Origin: a virus
Lineage: Duplodnaviria > Caudoviricetes
IMG/VR virus record: IMGVR_UViG_3300029309_000042
Span: 1-57,719 of that record
Length of the DNA: 57,719 nucleotides
Direction: 5' to 3' (one strand)
Both the position numbers and the translations under genes were made by a program. A model generated the notes under the pieces. The model made no database searches. It had not been told where the DNA came from and saw only the letters and a program-made list of their open reading frames with translations. Below, one piece after another: positions 26,517-35,312 of this stretch (the first letter of the stretch is position 1; each line of letters opens with the position of its first letter).

Positions 26517-27038
26517 TCAAATGATTAATTTTAAATGTCGTAAGACTTGCCTGACTGGTTCAAAGTCGGAGAGCGAAGAGTAATTGTCCATAAGATAGTT
26601 AACACCAGTCTGCATAATAAGTTTCATGCGAGGGTTACTATCATTAAGTTTATGACAGTACATGACTAACTCAAGCATATCTGCCATTTTTAATCTGTTT
26701 GTTTCACGTTCTGTTAACACAAAGTTTATACCTAGATCCTTAGCTACTTTGTCTTCTGCTTTTTTAAATGCTTTCTTTATTTCAGGGTATTCCCACTTAG
26801 CCGTCGCTGGGATATCACCTAATACTATCTCAGGTACGTCGTGATAGAGAGCAGAGAGCAATAGACTCTTGGAGCAGTTATCCCATAGTTGGTCCAATAA
26901 AACTACGACGGCATAAGAGTGAGCACCCACAGTTTGCCTCAATCCGCCAAGTGGTACAGTGTGATACCGATTAATAAATTGTGCATCATATATAGTTTCA
27001 ATCTTATCATAATTAATTTGGTTGCTCACTGTGTCCAC
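26517..27038 (-). CDS. HD-domain 5'-deoxynucleotidase (YfbR/DatZ-like)
   Basis: RYH...QTVGAHS...ALYHDVPEIVLGDIP...LKMADMLE. Confidence 0.85.
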   Translation of the reverse strand: MDTVSNQINYDKIETIYDAQFINRYHTVPLGGLRQTVGAHSYAVVVLLDQLWDNCSKSLLLSALYHDVPEIVLGDIPATAKWEYPEIKKAFKKAEDKVAKDLGINFVLTERETNRLKMADMLELVMYCHKLNDSNPRMKLIMQTGVNYLMDNYSSLSDFEPVRQVLRHLKLII

Positions 27039-28920
27039 TACTTAATCCTCTTGTCCATGGTTTATCACTGAGTGTTTGTTTTGCCTCACCCCAACTATTA
27101 CCAAGCTCAACATCTACTACACTTGGCACTTGTAGAGTTACACACTCTTCCATAATTTCTTGTATTTGTTTACATTGCTTTTCACTTGTTACACTTATGT
27201 CAAGTTCATCATGTACTTGTATCATTGGTAATATTCCTTCTTTATGTAAAGCGACCATCGCTTGTTTGGTTTGATCTGCGGCTGAGCCTTGTATAAGTTT
27301 GTTGAGGGCTTTATAAGTAAAACACCTTTTGATAGCTGGACCATGTTCAGCGTACGCGTCTTCATATGATAGTGGTTTGAATGTTCCATACATGTTTGGT
27401 TCCCACTTATCAAACCTACACTTACGACCTAACAGTGTTCGTATTACACCTTTCTTACTTGCTTTATTCATTGCAAAGGTAGCTAACTCTTGTACGAAAG
27501 GAACTTTGGCATGGTACTCAGCGAAGAGTTCTTGTGCATCTTCATACTCCAAGCCTAACTGCTCTGCTAATTTATTCTTACCCATTCCATAAAACAGACC
27601 TAAGTTTATATCTTTTGCTTGTTTCCTAGGAACTCCAACAATATCTGCGGCGAGTTGGTGGAAGTCAGTCATTTTATCTTTTGCATATTCAGCAACAAAC
27701 TTTTCTGCCCCAGTAAACTTCATCAATCCTGCATAATGAACAACTAATCGAGGCTCTTGGCTACTGTAATCAAACGCACCCCACAAACTATCTTCCTCAG
27801 GTAGAAACAAACTACGTATCATTGGACCTATCTCAGCATTCCTTGCAGGAACTTGCTGAAGGTTAGGATTAGTATAACTAAATCTACCAGTGACAGTGCC
27901 ACCACCATCACTACGCAGAGGGTGAGCTTCGGCATATATTCTACCATTATGTTGGTGTTTGAGTATTGTATCAATAAATGTAGTTCTAGCTTTATTTAGT
28001 TCCCTTGCCCTAACGACTGCACGAGGTAACTCATGTTCATGGTTAGCTAGAAAGTTTTTAGTGAAGCTTGGTGCATCTATCTTTTGCGTTCTAGGATACT
28101 TCAGCCCAACTTCATCAAATGCTTTCGCAATGGACTGAGCCGCCCAGATATCAATATCTTGACCACCTACAGAAGCTAATACTTCTTGCTCTTGCTTTTC
28201 TAACCTATCCTTTAACACTTCTGCTTTTTCTAAATCTACTCTAACTCCTTGTTTTCGCATGGCTAATACGACTTGGAGTACATTAGTTTCTAGTGTAAAT
28301 ATATCGTTAATATCTTCTTTAGCCATCTCAGTCTGGAACCGTTTCCATAACTTTAATGTTAAACTTGCATCTTGTTCTGCGTAGGCTCCAACAAAGTGAG
28401 CAGGAAGTTTCCACATCTCGCTTTTAGCATTGACTCCAAAAGACTGAGCGGCTTCATTAAGTTCTGCTTCATTCTTACGTTCACCTAGATAATCACGACC
28501 AAGTGCATTTAGAGCATAACTAAATCTATTTTCATCAAGTAATGCTCCTACTATCATAGTATCAATAATCCTACCTTTTATATCAATACCTTCTCGCCAT
28601 AACCATCCAGCATCATACAAAGCATTATGCATAATATAATCACGATCAATGCTACATAAATCTTTTACCCATGCGAGTGTTTGGTTGGGGTCAAGGTTGC
28701 CACCATTCTGGTGTCGTATCGGGAAGTACCATGAGTCAGCTCCAGCAGATACTGCTACTCCTATAACTTCGCCATCACCTCTAGCCCAACCACTACCGTG
28801 TGACAGTAAGTTAGGGTCTCTAGTTTCTAAGTCAATCGCTACTTCTTTTGCATGGGCTAAGTTAGGATAGCCATCTGGCATAACCCACTCAGTCGGTGGT
28901 GTGAACAACGGGAACTGCAT
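27013..28920 (-). CDS. polA: DNA polymerase, family A, with 3'-5' exonuclease
   Basis: IDLET exonuclease; TGRFSYTNPNLQQVP; DYSSQEPR motif A; KDINLGLFYG motif B; IQGSAAD; QVHDEL motif C. Confidence 0.95.
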   Translation of the reverse strand: MQFPLFTPPTEWVMPDGYPNLAHAKEVAIDLETRDPNLLSHGSGWARGDGEVIGVAVSAGADSWYFPIRHQNGGNLDPNQTLAWVKDLCSIDRDYIMHNALYDAGWLWREGIDIKGRIIDTMIVGALLDENRFSYALNALGRDYLGERKNEAELNEAAQSFGVNAKSEMWKLPAHFVGAYAEQDASLTLKLWKRFQTEMAKEDINDIFTLETNVLQVVLAMRKQGVRVDLEKAEVLKDRLEKQEQEVLASVGGQDIDIWAAQSIAKAFDEVGLKYPRTQKIDAPSFTKNFLANHEHELPRAVVRARELNKARTTFIDTILKHQHNGRIYAEAHPLRSDGGGTVTGRFSYTNPNLQQVPARNAEIGPMIRSLFLPEEDSLWGAFDYSSQEPRLVVHYAGLMKFTGAEKFVAEYAKDKMTDFHQLAADIVGVPRKQAKDINLGLFYGMGKNKLAEQLGLEYEDAQELFAEYHAKVPFVQELATFAMNKASKKGVIRTLLGRKCRFDKWEPNMYGTFKPLSYEDAYAEHGPAIKRCFTYKALNKLIQGSAADQTKQAMVALHKEGILPMIQVHDELDISVTSEKQCKQIQEIMEECVTLQVPSVVDVELGNSWGEAKQTLSDKPWTRGLSSGHSEQPN

Positions 28921-29065
28921 CTTCTTTTACTCTCACTTTCATTGGTGTGCCACATCTCATACAGATGTTCCACTTGTTTTTTAATTTACGGAAAGTAGTT
29001 TCAATACGAACATTACATTCCTCACAAGAGGCTATTGCCTTTGTATCTAAGTTTACTTTGTTCAT
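28889..29065 (-). CDS. Small zinc-ribbon protein (58 aa)
   Basis: Hand translation MNKVNLDTKAIASCEECN...ICMRCGTPM...; ATGA overlap. Confidence 0.5.
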   Translation of the reverse strand: MNKVNLDTKAIASCEECNVRIETTFRKLKNKWNICMRCGTPMKVRVKEDAVPVVHTTD

Positions 29066-29370
29066 TTACCCTTTGTTCGCATGTGTGCTTCTACTAATAA
29101 TAAATAACGTCGCAAGTCTTTAATATCATCCATAAGCCCCTCAGGTCTTTTGTCCTCCTCTAAGGCTAGAAAAATATCATATGTATAATCATGAACTTGT
29201 TTTTCAATACGATCCCACTTACGAGCTAACATCATAAAAGCACCAATACCACCTCGTTTACGCCAACTATCGCCATAGTCTTCTTCGGCTCTGTCGAGTG
29301 AAGTCCAGTCCTCTGCACATATAATTTCTGTTTGTTTTATAATAGGGCTATATTCTTTTTGTTTTGTCAT
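29062..29370 (-). CDS. Nucleotide modification associated domain 1 (Nmad1/DUF1599-like) protein
   Basis: DYGDSWRKRGGIGAFMMLARKWDRI...DLRRYLLL. Confidence 0.7.
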   Translation of the reverse strand: MTKQKEYSPIIKQTEIICAEDWTSLDRAEEDYGDSWRKRGGIGAFMMLARKWDRIEKQVHDYTYDIFLALEEDKRPEGLMDDIKDLRRYLLLVEAHMRTKGK

Positions 29371-30362
29371 TTGAGTTTGTCCTTTCTACGATCAATCCAC
29401 TCTTTACATGCAATATGCCAGTCCTCCGACTTGATTTCTGACAAAGCATCCATACATTCTAAGTAGCTTTTAGTTTTCCATGATGTCCATAACTTCCACA
29501 TTGGTAAAGCTACCTCAGAAAATATCTTGTTTTTAAAATCTTTACGCATTTGACCAACCATAAATATTTTTAATTCTTCATCAAATGTTTTAGGGTAAGT
29601 CATCAAAGGCGTTTGATATTCTATTTGCCTAACTGCATACGAATCATAGTCAGGTTGCATATCTTTTAGTGGAGTAAGTGTGTCTAAATAAGCATGAAGG
29701 TTATGTGTAAACTGAGTATAAAAACCTATATTCACACCACACATACTCGCTATATATTCTTGTAAATAACTCATATGAACTGCATTAGCACCACAACAAC
29801 CCCATATCAAATCATTACTTCTGTTACACACAGTCATGTCTAAAAACCCATCACGAATACTAAAATAAACATGAGTATTACAAGGTAAATCTTTACTAGT
29901 GTTTAAGTGCGTTAAGTCTTGCTTTGCATCCCACATTGCCAACACTGCACGTCTATCATTTTTGTAAGAGGTTAAGCGTTCAATTATTATTTTAAGTTGG
30001 TCAAACTCAAAATGTTTTCTCCACCTATAACCATAAGCACCTTGCAGAGTTTTACCATCATCACTAAAGTCACTCATACGTTTGTTGTAATATTCTACTG
30101 TTTCTAAATCACGCATACCGTTCAGCATCCAGAGTGATTCCATGAAGTGAAATATTGGGTTAGCATCACGCTGTTCGTAGAACATAACTCTTTCTTGTGG
30201 GTGATTATAAGTAATCGCAACTGGTGTAGGAAACTCAAGAGCAGTACCCACTCTAGTTTCTATCTTTCTACCCACTTGCATGATTGATTGTTTAGCTAAG
30301 TGTAAAGCTTCTGAGACGTTGCCTACTACAAAAGTTTCTACACCATACATTCTTTTATACAT
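29367..30362 (-). CDS. Thymidylate synthase-family dUMP hydroxymethylase
   Basis: DLPCN catalytic Cys; RSNDLIWGCCGAN with the Asn that specifies dUMP; NLHAY; clustered with a 5-hmdU DNA kinase. Confidence 0.8.
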   Translation of the reverse strand: MYKRMYGVETFVVGNVSEALHLAKQSIMQVGRKIETRVGTALEFPTPVAITYNHPQERVMFYEQRDANPIFHFMESLWMLNGMRDLETVEYYNKRMSDFSDDGKTLQGAYGYRWRKHFEFDQLKIIIERLTSYKNDRRAVLAMWDAKQDLTHLNTSKDLPCNTHVYFSIRDGFLDMTVCNRSNDLIWGCCGANAVHMSYLQEYIASMCGVNIGFYTQFTHNLHAYLDTLTPLKDMQPDYDSYAVRQIEYQTPLMTYPKTFDEELKIFMVGQMRKDFKNKIFSEVALPMWKLWTSWKTKSYLECMDALSEIKSEDWHIACKEWIDRRKDKLK

Positions 30363-30439
30363 ATGTCCCCCTTTCTTTGGAGCTTTTTAAAGCCTCACGA
30401 GGCTTGGAATGTTATGTTTAGCACCTAACCTACCTAAAA

Positions 30440-31480
30440 CTAAATCAACTTATCAGAGGGCAAGTTAATAAAGTCATAAACTGGTTTGACTGCTTTAGTA
30501 TAACTATTACCACCACAAGCTTGTTCAATAAAGTTATTTGTCATCGCTGTGGGCTTCGGTAGCTCGTACTTACCCATTCTGTCAGGTAACAACCCATTAC
30601 GGATTGTAGTATTATCGCAACCATTACAAGCACCGAAGTTCCGTTGTCCGTGGTACAGTTTCACTCTAGCTGAGTAAAACGCATCATTGTTCCACAGTTC
30701 ATCCATGCCATTGTAGTCGTGTATATTACCACACTTATAGATGCCAGTCCAGTCATTGCAACATAGTGCTACATTACCGTCCCAACGAACACTTAGTTCA
30801 CGGAAAGGTTTTGCACATCGTTTGTCTTGTTGTTTGTAGTTTAATGGGAAAGCAGATCCAGCATGGTTGCTGACCTGAGCATGTGTACCACTCGTTGCTA
30901 TTGTTAAATCAGCACCGACTACAATTAATTTTTCTTTTGGTTTTCTTCTTTTATGAGGATTACCCTCTGGGTTTTGTGGATACTCTACAACTTTATGAGG
31001 TCCATTGTAATTAGCTTTTATTTTATCAACAATACGGATACGTTCATAATTATCTAAAAACAAAATGTTAAGTCCTGCATCCATAAGATCGTTAACTTTA
31101 TTACTTACATTACCGAGTAAACCACCCCCATTACTTGTCATCATAATAGAGGCTTTTGGAAAATACTGCCTAGTTGTTTGTATGAATACACAATACTCAG
31201 GGTGCATAGTCGGCTCACCGTGCATGGCAAACTCAAAGCGTGGATTCCAACTACTGTTTTTTATGTTCGTTAAAACCCTCAGTAGAGTATTACGTGTCAT
31301 AAATTTATACTCTTTAGAGTTTTTGCCATGCGTCCAACTTGGACCATCAGCACCATTATCTCTTATTTGTTGTATGCCACAAAAAGAACAAGCGAGGTTA
31401 CAACCCTCAGTTAATTCAATTTGTACTGCGTTCGGGGCATCCTGCTTTAAACGCTCGTTGCCATTGCACTCTAACGTCAT
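30440..31480 (-). CDS. Radical SAM enzyme with SPASM/twitch domain
   Basis: CNLACSFC (CX3CX2C); HGEP; C-terminal C...CCND...C...CNGC. Confidence 0.85.
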   Translation of the reverse strand: MTLECNGNERLKQDAPNAVQIELTEGCNLACSFCGIQQIRDNGADGPSWTHGKNSKEYKFMTRNTLLRVLTNIKNSSWNPRFEFAMHGEPTMHPEYCVFIQTTRQYFPKASIMMTSNGGGLLGNVSNKVNDLMDAGLNILFLDNYERIRIVDKIKANYNGPHKVVEYPQNPEGNPHKRRKPKEKLIVVGADLTIATSGTHAQVSNHAGSAFPLNYKQQDKRCAKPFRELSVRWDGNVALCCNDWTGIYKCGNIHDYNGMDELWNNDAFYSARVKLYHGQRNFGACNGCDNTTIRNGLLPDRMGKYELPKPTAMTNNFIEQACGGNSYTKAVKPVYDFINLPSDKLI

Positions 31481-32210
31481 ATCTTTTTTTCATTCCTTCC
31501 CAACCAGTTTTAGTTTCTTTTTCAACGACTTTAACAAACTCTGGAAACTTGGTGGCTAATTCATAACTAGCTTTTTCTTGTAACTCAGGTGTTCTGTAAT
31601 TACTACAACCTCCCTTTTGTCCGCTACCACCACGCTGATCCCATGTCCAGTCTACTATTACTGCATTTGGTTTACCTCTAGCAAATAAAGATAGAGTCAT
31701 GTAATAGTCTTCCATAAGTTCTACATCATTGTATCTAATATTTAATTTACCAATGTCAAGTGGTCGTAAACCATGCACTGCATTGATACGCATACCATGT
31801 TTGAGGGTATGGGGATAATGTTTATCATTCATTTGGCGAGGGCTAACACCGACATGCCAATACTCATTTAATAAATGTTCCATACGTTGAAACAAATACT
31901 GCATATCATCTTCAGTTGTTTTACGCAAACTTGGTCCGTGATTGCTAATACGTTTACCAAATATTAAATCATCATCTAACATAATAATTTTATCTTGTCC
32001 ATGTTCAATGGCATGATCCATTATAAATTCACGCACATTGTTTATGCCACTTACGTCGCCTCTTGACAACACATTTCTTCCATAATTTAAATGATACTTT
32101 ACTTCACTTTCAGGGCAAACTAAACAAGCCCTTTGTCTAGCCCACTCACCAATACTTCTCCAAGTTGTTTGTGTCGCAGTACGACCTCTTGTTGGTATAT
32201 ATATTTTCAT
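31416..32210 (-). CDS. GT-A fold glycosyltransferase, TET-associated (TAGT)/GREB1-like
   Basis: IYIPTRGR...REFI...MLDDD...MEDYYMTL...GGCS motifs. Confidence 0.75.
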   Translation of the reverse strand: MKIYIPTRGRTATQTTWRSIGEWARQRACLVCPESEVKYHLNYGRNVLSRGDVSGINNVREFIMDHAIEHGQDKIIMLDDDLIFGKRISNHGPSLRKTTEDDMQYLFQRMEHLLNEYWHVGVSPRQMNDKHYPHTLKHGMRINAVHGLRPLDIGKLNIRYNDVELMEDYYMTLSLFARGKPNAVIVDWTWDQRGGSGQKGGCSNYRTPELQEKASYELATKFPEFVKVVEKETKTGWEGMKKRYDVRVQWQRAFKAGCPERSTN

Positions 32211-32211
32211 T

Positions 32212-33114
32212 TTAGTCTCCGTTTACTGGTCCCTTTGGTATGCTTTGCATAACTTCTTTAAATTTACTTCTTGGTTTACCTTGACCAAGCCTTACTCTTT
32301 CGTATTTATCCCACTCACATAAACTATGTTCAATACAACGCATGTCTACATCATCATGATCGATTATATCCCAATCGACATACTTATGTTTTTCAGCTAA
32401 TATATTTTGCATGAACCTATTAGCTCGTTCTTGTGAGTGCATCTTTTTGAGGGGGTAACCATGTATCCTATTTATACCCCTCATTGCTCCTGGTCCTGCG
32501 TTCGCCCAACTAAAACGGTCTGTCGCCTTGTCCAGTACAGATGTGTAGTTGAGGTCGGAAACGACTTCGTAAGACATAAAGCCCCCTCCTCCCCACCCTT
32601 TATAGGCAGACAACGCATTGTGTACGGCTTGTAACGACTGAGTCTCGGACGCAAGTTTTCCAAGCGAGACTTGACTCTGGTAAATCGGTACAAGGAACTC
32701 ATATACAACAACCTCCGCTTTTGGTTTTTTAATACCTTGATTAGTTATTATATACGCTCCAGTGAATGTTTTTAAACCATGTTTAATTCTATTTGAAATT
32801 AAATTTACAGTATGCTCAGGATCCCACTCTAATGCGTCAGCATGTACCCAACCATGTACTTCAGCGAACTCCATAGTGCCTACCATTCTAAACAAGCAAC
32901 AGTTGAATATTATTTCACCAAAGGGGCGATTGTTGTGTGGGTCAGTCCATGCTTTTCGCATATAGACTGTGGTACGGTCGTTTTCCCTAAATGGGTTTGT
33001 AAATTTATATTCACGCAAAATAGGGTCTTCAGTCCATGGTGGACTGTCGCCCCTGACTCTAGCTAAATAAATGGCATGACGTTCATTTATCCAGTTGTAA
33101 AAATTTTCTATCAT
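32212..33114 (-). CDS. 5-hmdU DNA kinase (aGPT-Pplase clade 1)
   Basis: ERHAIY...PPWTEDPILREYKFTNPFRENDR...FMSYEVVSDL...GPGAMRG...IEHSLCEWDKY. Confidence 0.85.
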   Translation of the reverse strand: MIENFYNWINERHAIYLARVRGDSPPWTEDPILREYKFTNPFRENDRTTVYMRKAWTDPHNNRPFGEIIFNCCLFRMVGTMEFAEVHGWVHADALEWDPEHTVNLISNRIKHGLKTFTGAYIITNQGIKKPKAEVVVYEFLVPIYQSQVSLGKLASETQSLQAVHNALSAYKGWGGGGFMSYEVVSDLNYTSVLDKATDRFSWANAGPGAMRGINRIHGYPLKKMHSQERANRFMQNILAEKHKYVDWDIIDHDDVDMRCIEHSLCEWDKYERVRLGQGKPRSKFKEVMQSIPKGPVNGD

Positions 33115-33234
33115 TTGTCCTCCTTATTACTTTTCTTGCTAAAACTCTATAACCTTTTTTCTTATATTTTTTTGCATCTTTTTCAACATAAGTTTCTTTA
33201 ATTTTAACACCGTCTTTAGATATATAGAACTTTC

Positions 33235-33417
33235 TCACTTTGTGTTTATTCCCACTAAATGTTTAAAGTTAGTGACTACAACGTAATTAGATTTGTGCAT
33301 TGGTACAACAGTGTGAACAACTTGCTTTGCCTCTGCATCACCACAAGCTAAGCAAGTAGTGTATCCTAACTCTACTCGCTTAGTTGTAATAGTTTCGCTA
33401 CACTTCCTGCAGAGCAT
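33235..33417 (-). CDS. C4 zinc-finger protein (DksA/TraR-like)
   Basis: MLCRKCSETITTKRVELGYTTCLACG. Confidence 0.55.
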   Translation of the reverse strand: MLCRKCSETITTKRVELGYTTCLACGDAEAKQVVHTVVPMHKSNYVVVTNFKHLVGINTK

Positions 33418-33781
33418 GGGTGTAATTCCAAATAGCTTGTGATAAAATTCTAAGTGCAGAACCTCTACCAAACTTTTCGGACGCATCTTGCTGAGCACCA
33501 TGTAAACCAAACACTCTTACCAAAGCATCAGCTATTGAAGAAGACATAACACCTTGTACATCTTTAATAACCTCACCCTCCTCATCGTATATTGTGTACT
33601 TAGGATTGCTTGTATCTGATTTATAGGTGCGAGCATAGTTCATGACAAACTCCTCGGGTAAACCTAAATCAGTAAATGCAGTGGGCTTAAATATAGTGTG
33701 AGCATCACCCATAACTTCCCAATAGTCTTTTTCATTACTATTTTTTATTGCTTCAAATAATATTTCTTTACTATCTGACAT
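33398..33781 (-). CDS. Hypothetical protein
   Basis: GAAAGG RBS, promoter-like upstream region. Confidence 0.55.
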   Translation of the reverse strand: MSDSKEILFEAIKNSNEKDYWEVMGDAHTIFKPTAFTDLGLPEEFVMNYARTYKSDTSNPKYTIYDEEGEVIKDVQGVMSSSIADALVRVFGLHGAQQDASEKFGRGSALRILSQAIWNYTHALQEV

Positions 33782-33866
33782 AACCTTTCCTTTCTATAAA
33801 AGTTTATTTAATTAATAATAACAAGGGATTGGTAGAACACAATATGTTTGTGCTCTACCAGATGAA

Positions 33867-34895
33867 TTAAGCTTTAGCATATTCCAAAGCTTTAGTGAGT
33901 GCTTTACGCTTGGTCACTGCGGAGTTACCAAACCAAGCAGATACTAGTCTGTTGTCTTGGGAGCTAGACTTTTTCTGGTGGTCCATAACATATGTTAAAC
34001 CATTCAGTGCTCCCCACCAAGTACCCTTAGCAGACTGCAAATTTGCTCCTGGACTAAGATCAATTGCTTGGCGAACTAACTCTGAAGTATTGGTAAACTG
34101 CTCATGGAGAGGGGGTTGCTCAAGACTGTCTGCCTTTGCCCTATCAATAAGAAGTTTTGGTTGCAACATCTCAGCGATGTAGTTATCAATTTGGTCTTGC
34201 TTAGCTCGCTTACTAGCAAGGAACTCAGACTGCTCTTGGAACTGTTTCATTTGTTCGCCAGAGATACCCAACGCTTGTTCGGCTGACTGCATAATTTCTT
34301 CGTCAAACATTTGTAAATGTAAAACTCTGAACTTACCAGTCATACCTTCTTGGTTGAGGGCTAAGGTTATCGTATTGTTACAAACAACCCTGATAGGTGT
34401 GAACATAATTGTCATGGCAGAACCTACTTTGTGACTGTTAGCCATAAGTAAGTAGCCTTCTATTTCATCACCTCCTGCTAATTTAAAACCTTTTTTAATT
34501 TTAGCAAGACCCCACACACGTTCACCGTCTGATAAACTTCCTGCAGTATCCATTTCCATGTGTCCTGCATCAGTAAACTTTTTGAAAAACGACATTGTTT
34601 CTTGGTTTTGAAAAGGCACAAAAGCCTCACCACAATGTGACAACACTCTGTTGTCTGTGTCACGAACAATAGCATAATGTTTGTCCGCTTTTAACATACT
34701 AGCTTCACCACGAGGGTCGTTTAAATCCCAAGTATTTGGTTTGTCTGCATAGTACAATGGACGTTTTGATACTGTCCAGTCAAGCTGAGCGGCGACTAAC
34801 ATTTCATCTGGTGTTAAGTTACCGTCAACTTTATTACCTAAGCCATGCCAAGGAACTTTCCCTGCATAAGCCATCGTTTCAACCATGTGTGCCAT
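33867..34895 (-). CDS. DUF932-family phage/plasmid protein
   Basis: MAHMVETMAY...VPWHGLG...PFQN...TAGSL...TPIRVVCNNT...GTWWGALNG. Confidence 0.85.
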   Translation of the reverse strand: MAHMVETMAYAGKVPWHGLGNKVDGNLTPDEMLVAAQLDWTVSKRPLYYADKPNTWDLNDPRGEASMLKADKHYAIVRDTDNRVLSHCGEAFVPFQNQETMSFFKKFTDAGHMEMDTAGSLSDGERVWGLAKIKKGFKLAGGDEIEGYLLMANSHKVGSAMTIMFTPIRVVCNNTITLALNQEGMTGKFRVLHLQMFDEEIMQSAEQALGISGEQMKQFQEQSEFLASKRAKQDQIDNYIAEMLQPKLLIDRAKADSLEQPPLHEQFTNTSELVRQAIDLSPGANLQSAKGTWWGALNGLTYVMDHQKKSSSQDNRLVSAWFGNSAVTKRKALTKALEYAKA

Positions 34896-34912
34896 AATAT
34901 ACCTCCTTTACA

Positions 34913-35224
34913 CTACATTGTTTCATTTACGTTTAGTTCAACACTAGGGAGTGCCTCATACTCCTTAAAACTAATGTCTAACCATAGTTGGTGACCTTCA
35001 TGTGTTGCAAAGCTACAACGCATCTCCACATCATTGTGTGGCATTGCCATTGTAACTGGATAACGTATAAGGTCGTTTGCATCCTCACCCTCTAAGCCTA
35101 CTTCACCTAAAGTGTTTGGAAGTTTGTCAAGAGCTTTTGGTTTAAGCGTTCTGTTAGAATTACGCCTAATAGCCCTATTGTTGAGTTTAATTAACAACTC
35201 TTTATTTACATATAACTGCGACAT
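34913..35224 (-). CDS. Hypothetical protein
   Basis: Own promoter-like upstream region (TTTACA...TATTAT). Confidence 0.55.
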   Translation of the reverse strand: MSQLYVNKELLIKLNNRAIRRNSNRTLKPKALDKLPNTLGEVGLEGEDANDLIRYPVTMAMPHNDVEMRCSFATHEGHQLWLDISFKEYEALPSVELNVNETM

Positions 35225-35312
35225 TACAAACCTTTCTGTTTTTAGTTAAGTTATGCTTATATAATATAGTGGGATTAGTTGGTGTAAATCGTCAACTACT
35301 CTTTTTGAGCAT

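Noticed and set aside
26517-27038. Z-genome (2-aminoadenine) pathway suggested by DatZ-like HD and MazG
   Set aside because: No PurZ-like gene; the neighbourhood points to hmdU instead.
31416-31500. Programmed frameshift fusing the GT and radical SAM ORFs at the A7 run
   Set aside because: The rSAM frame is +1 relative to GT, not -1, and it has its own ATG; a 65-bp overlap is sufficient explanation.
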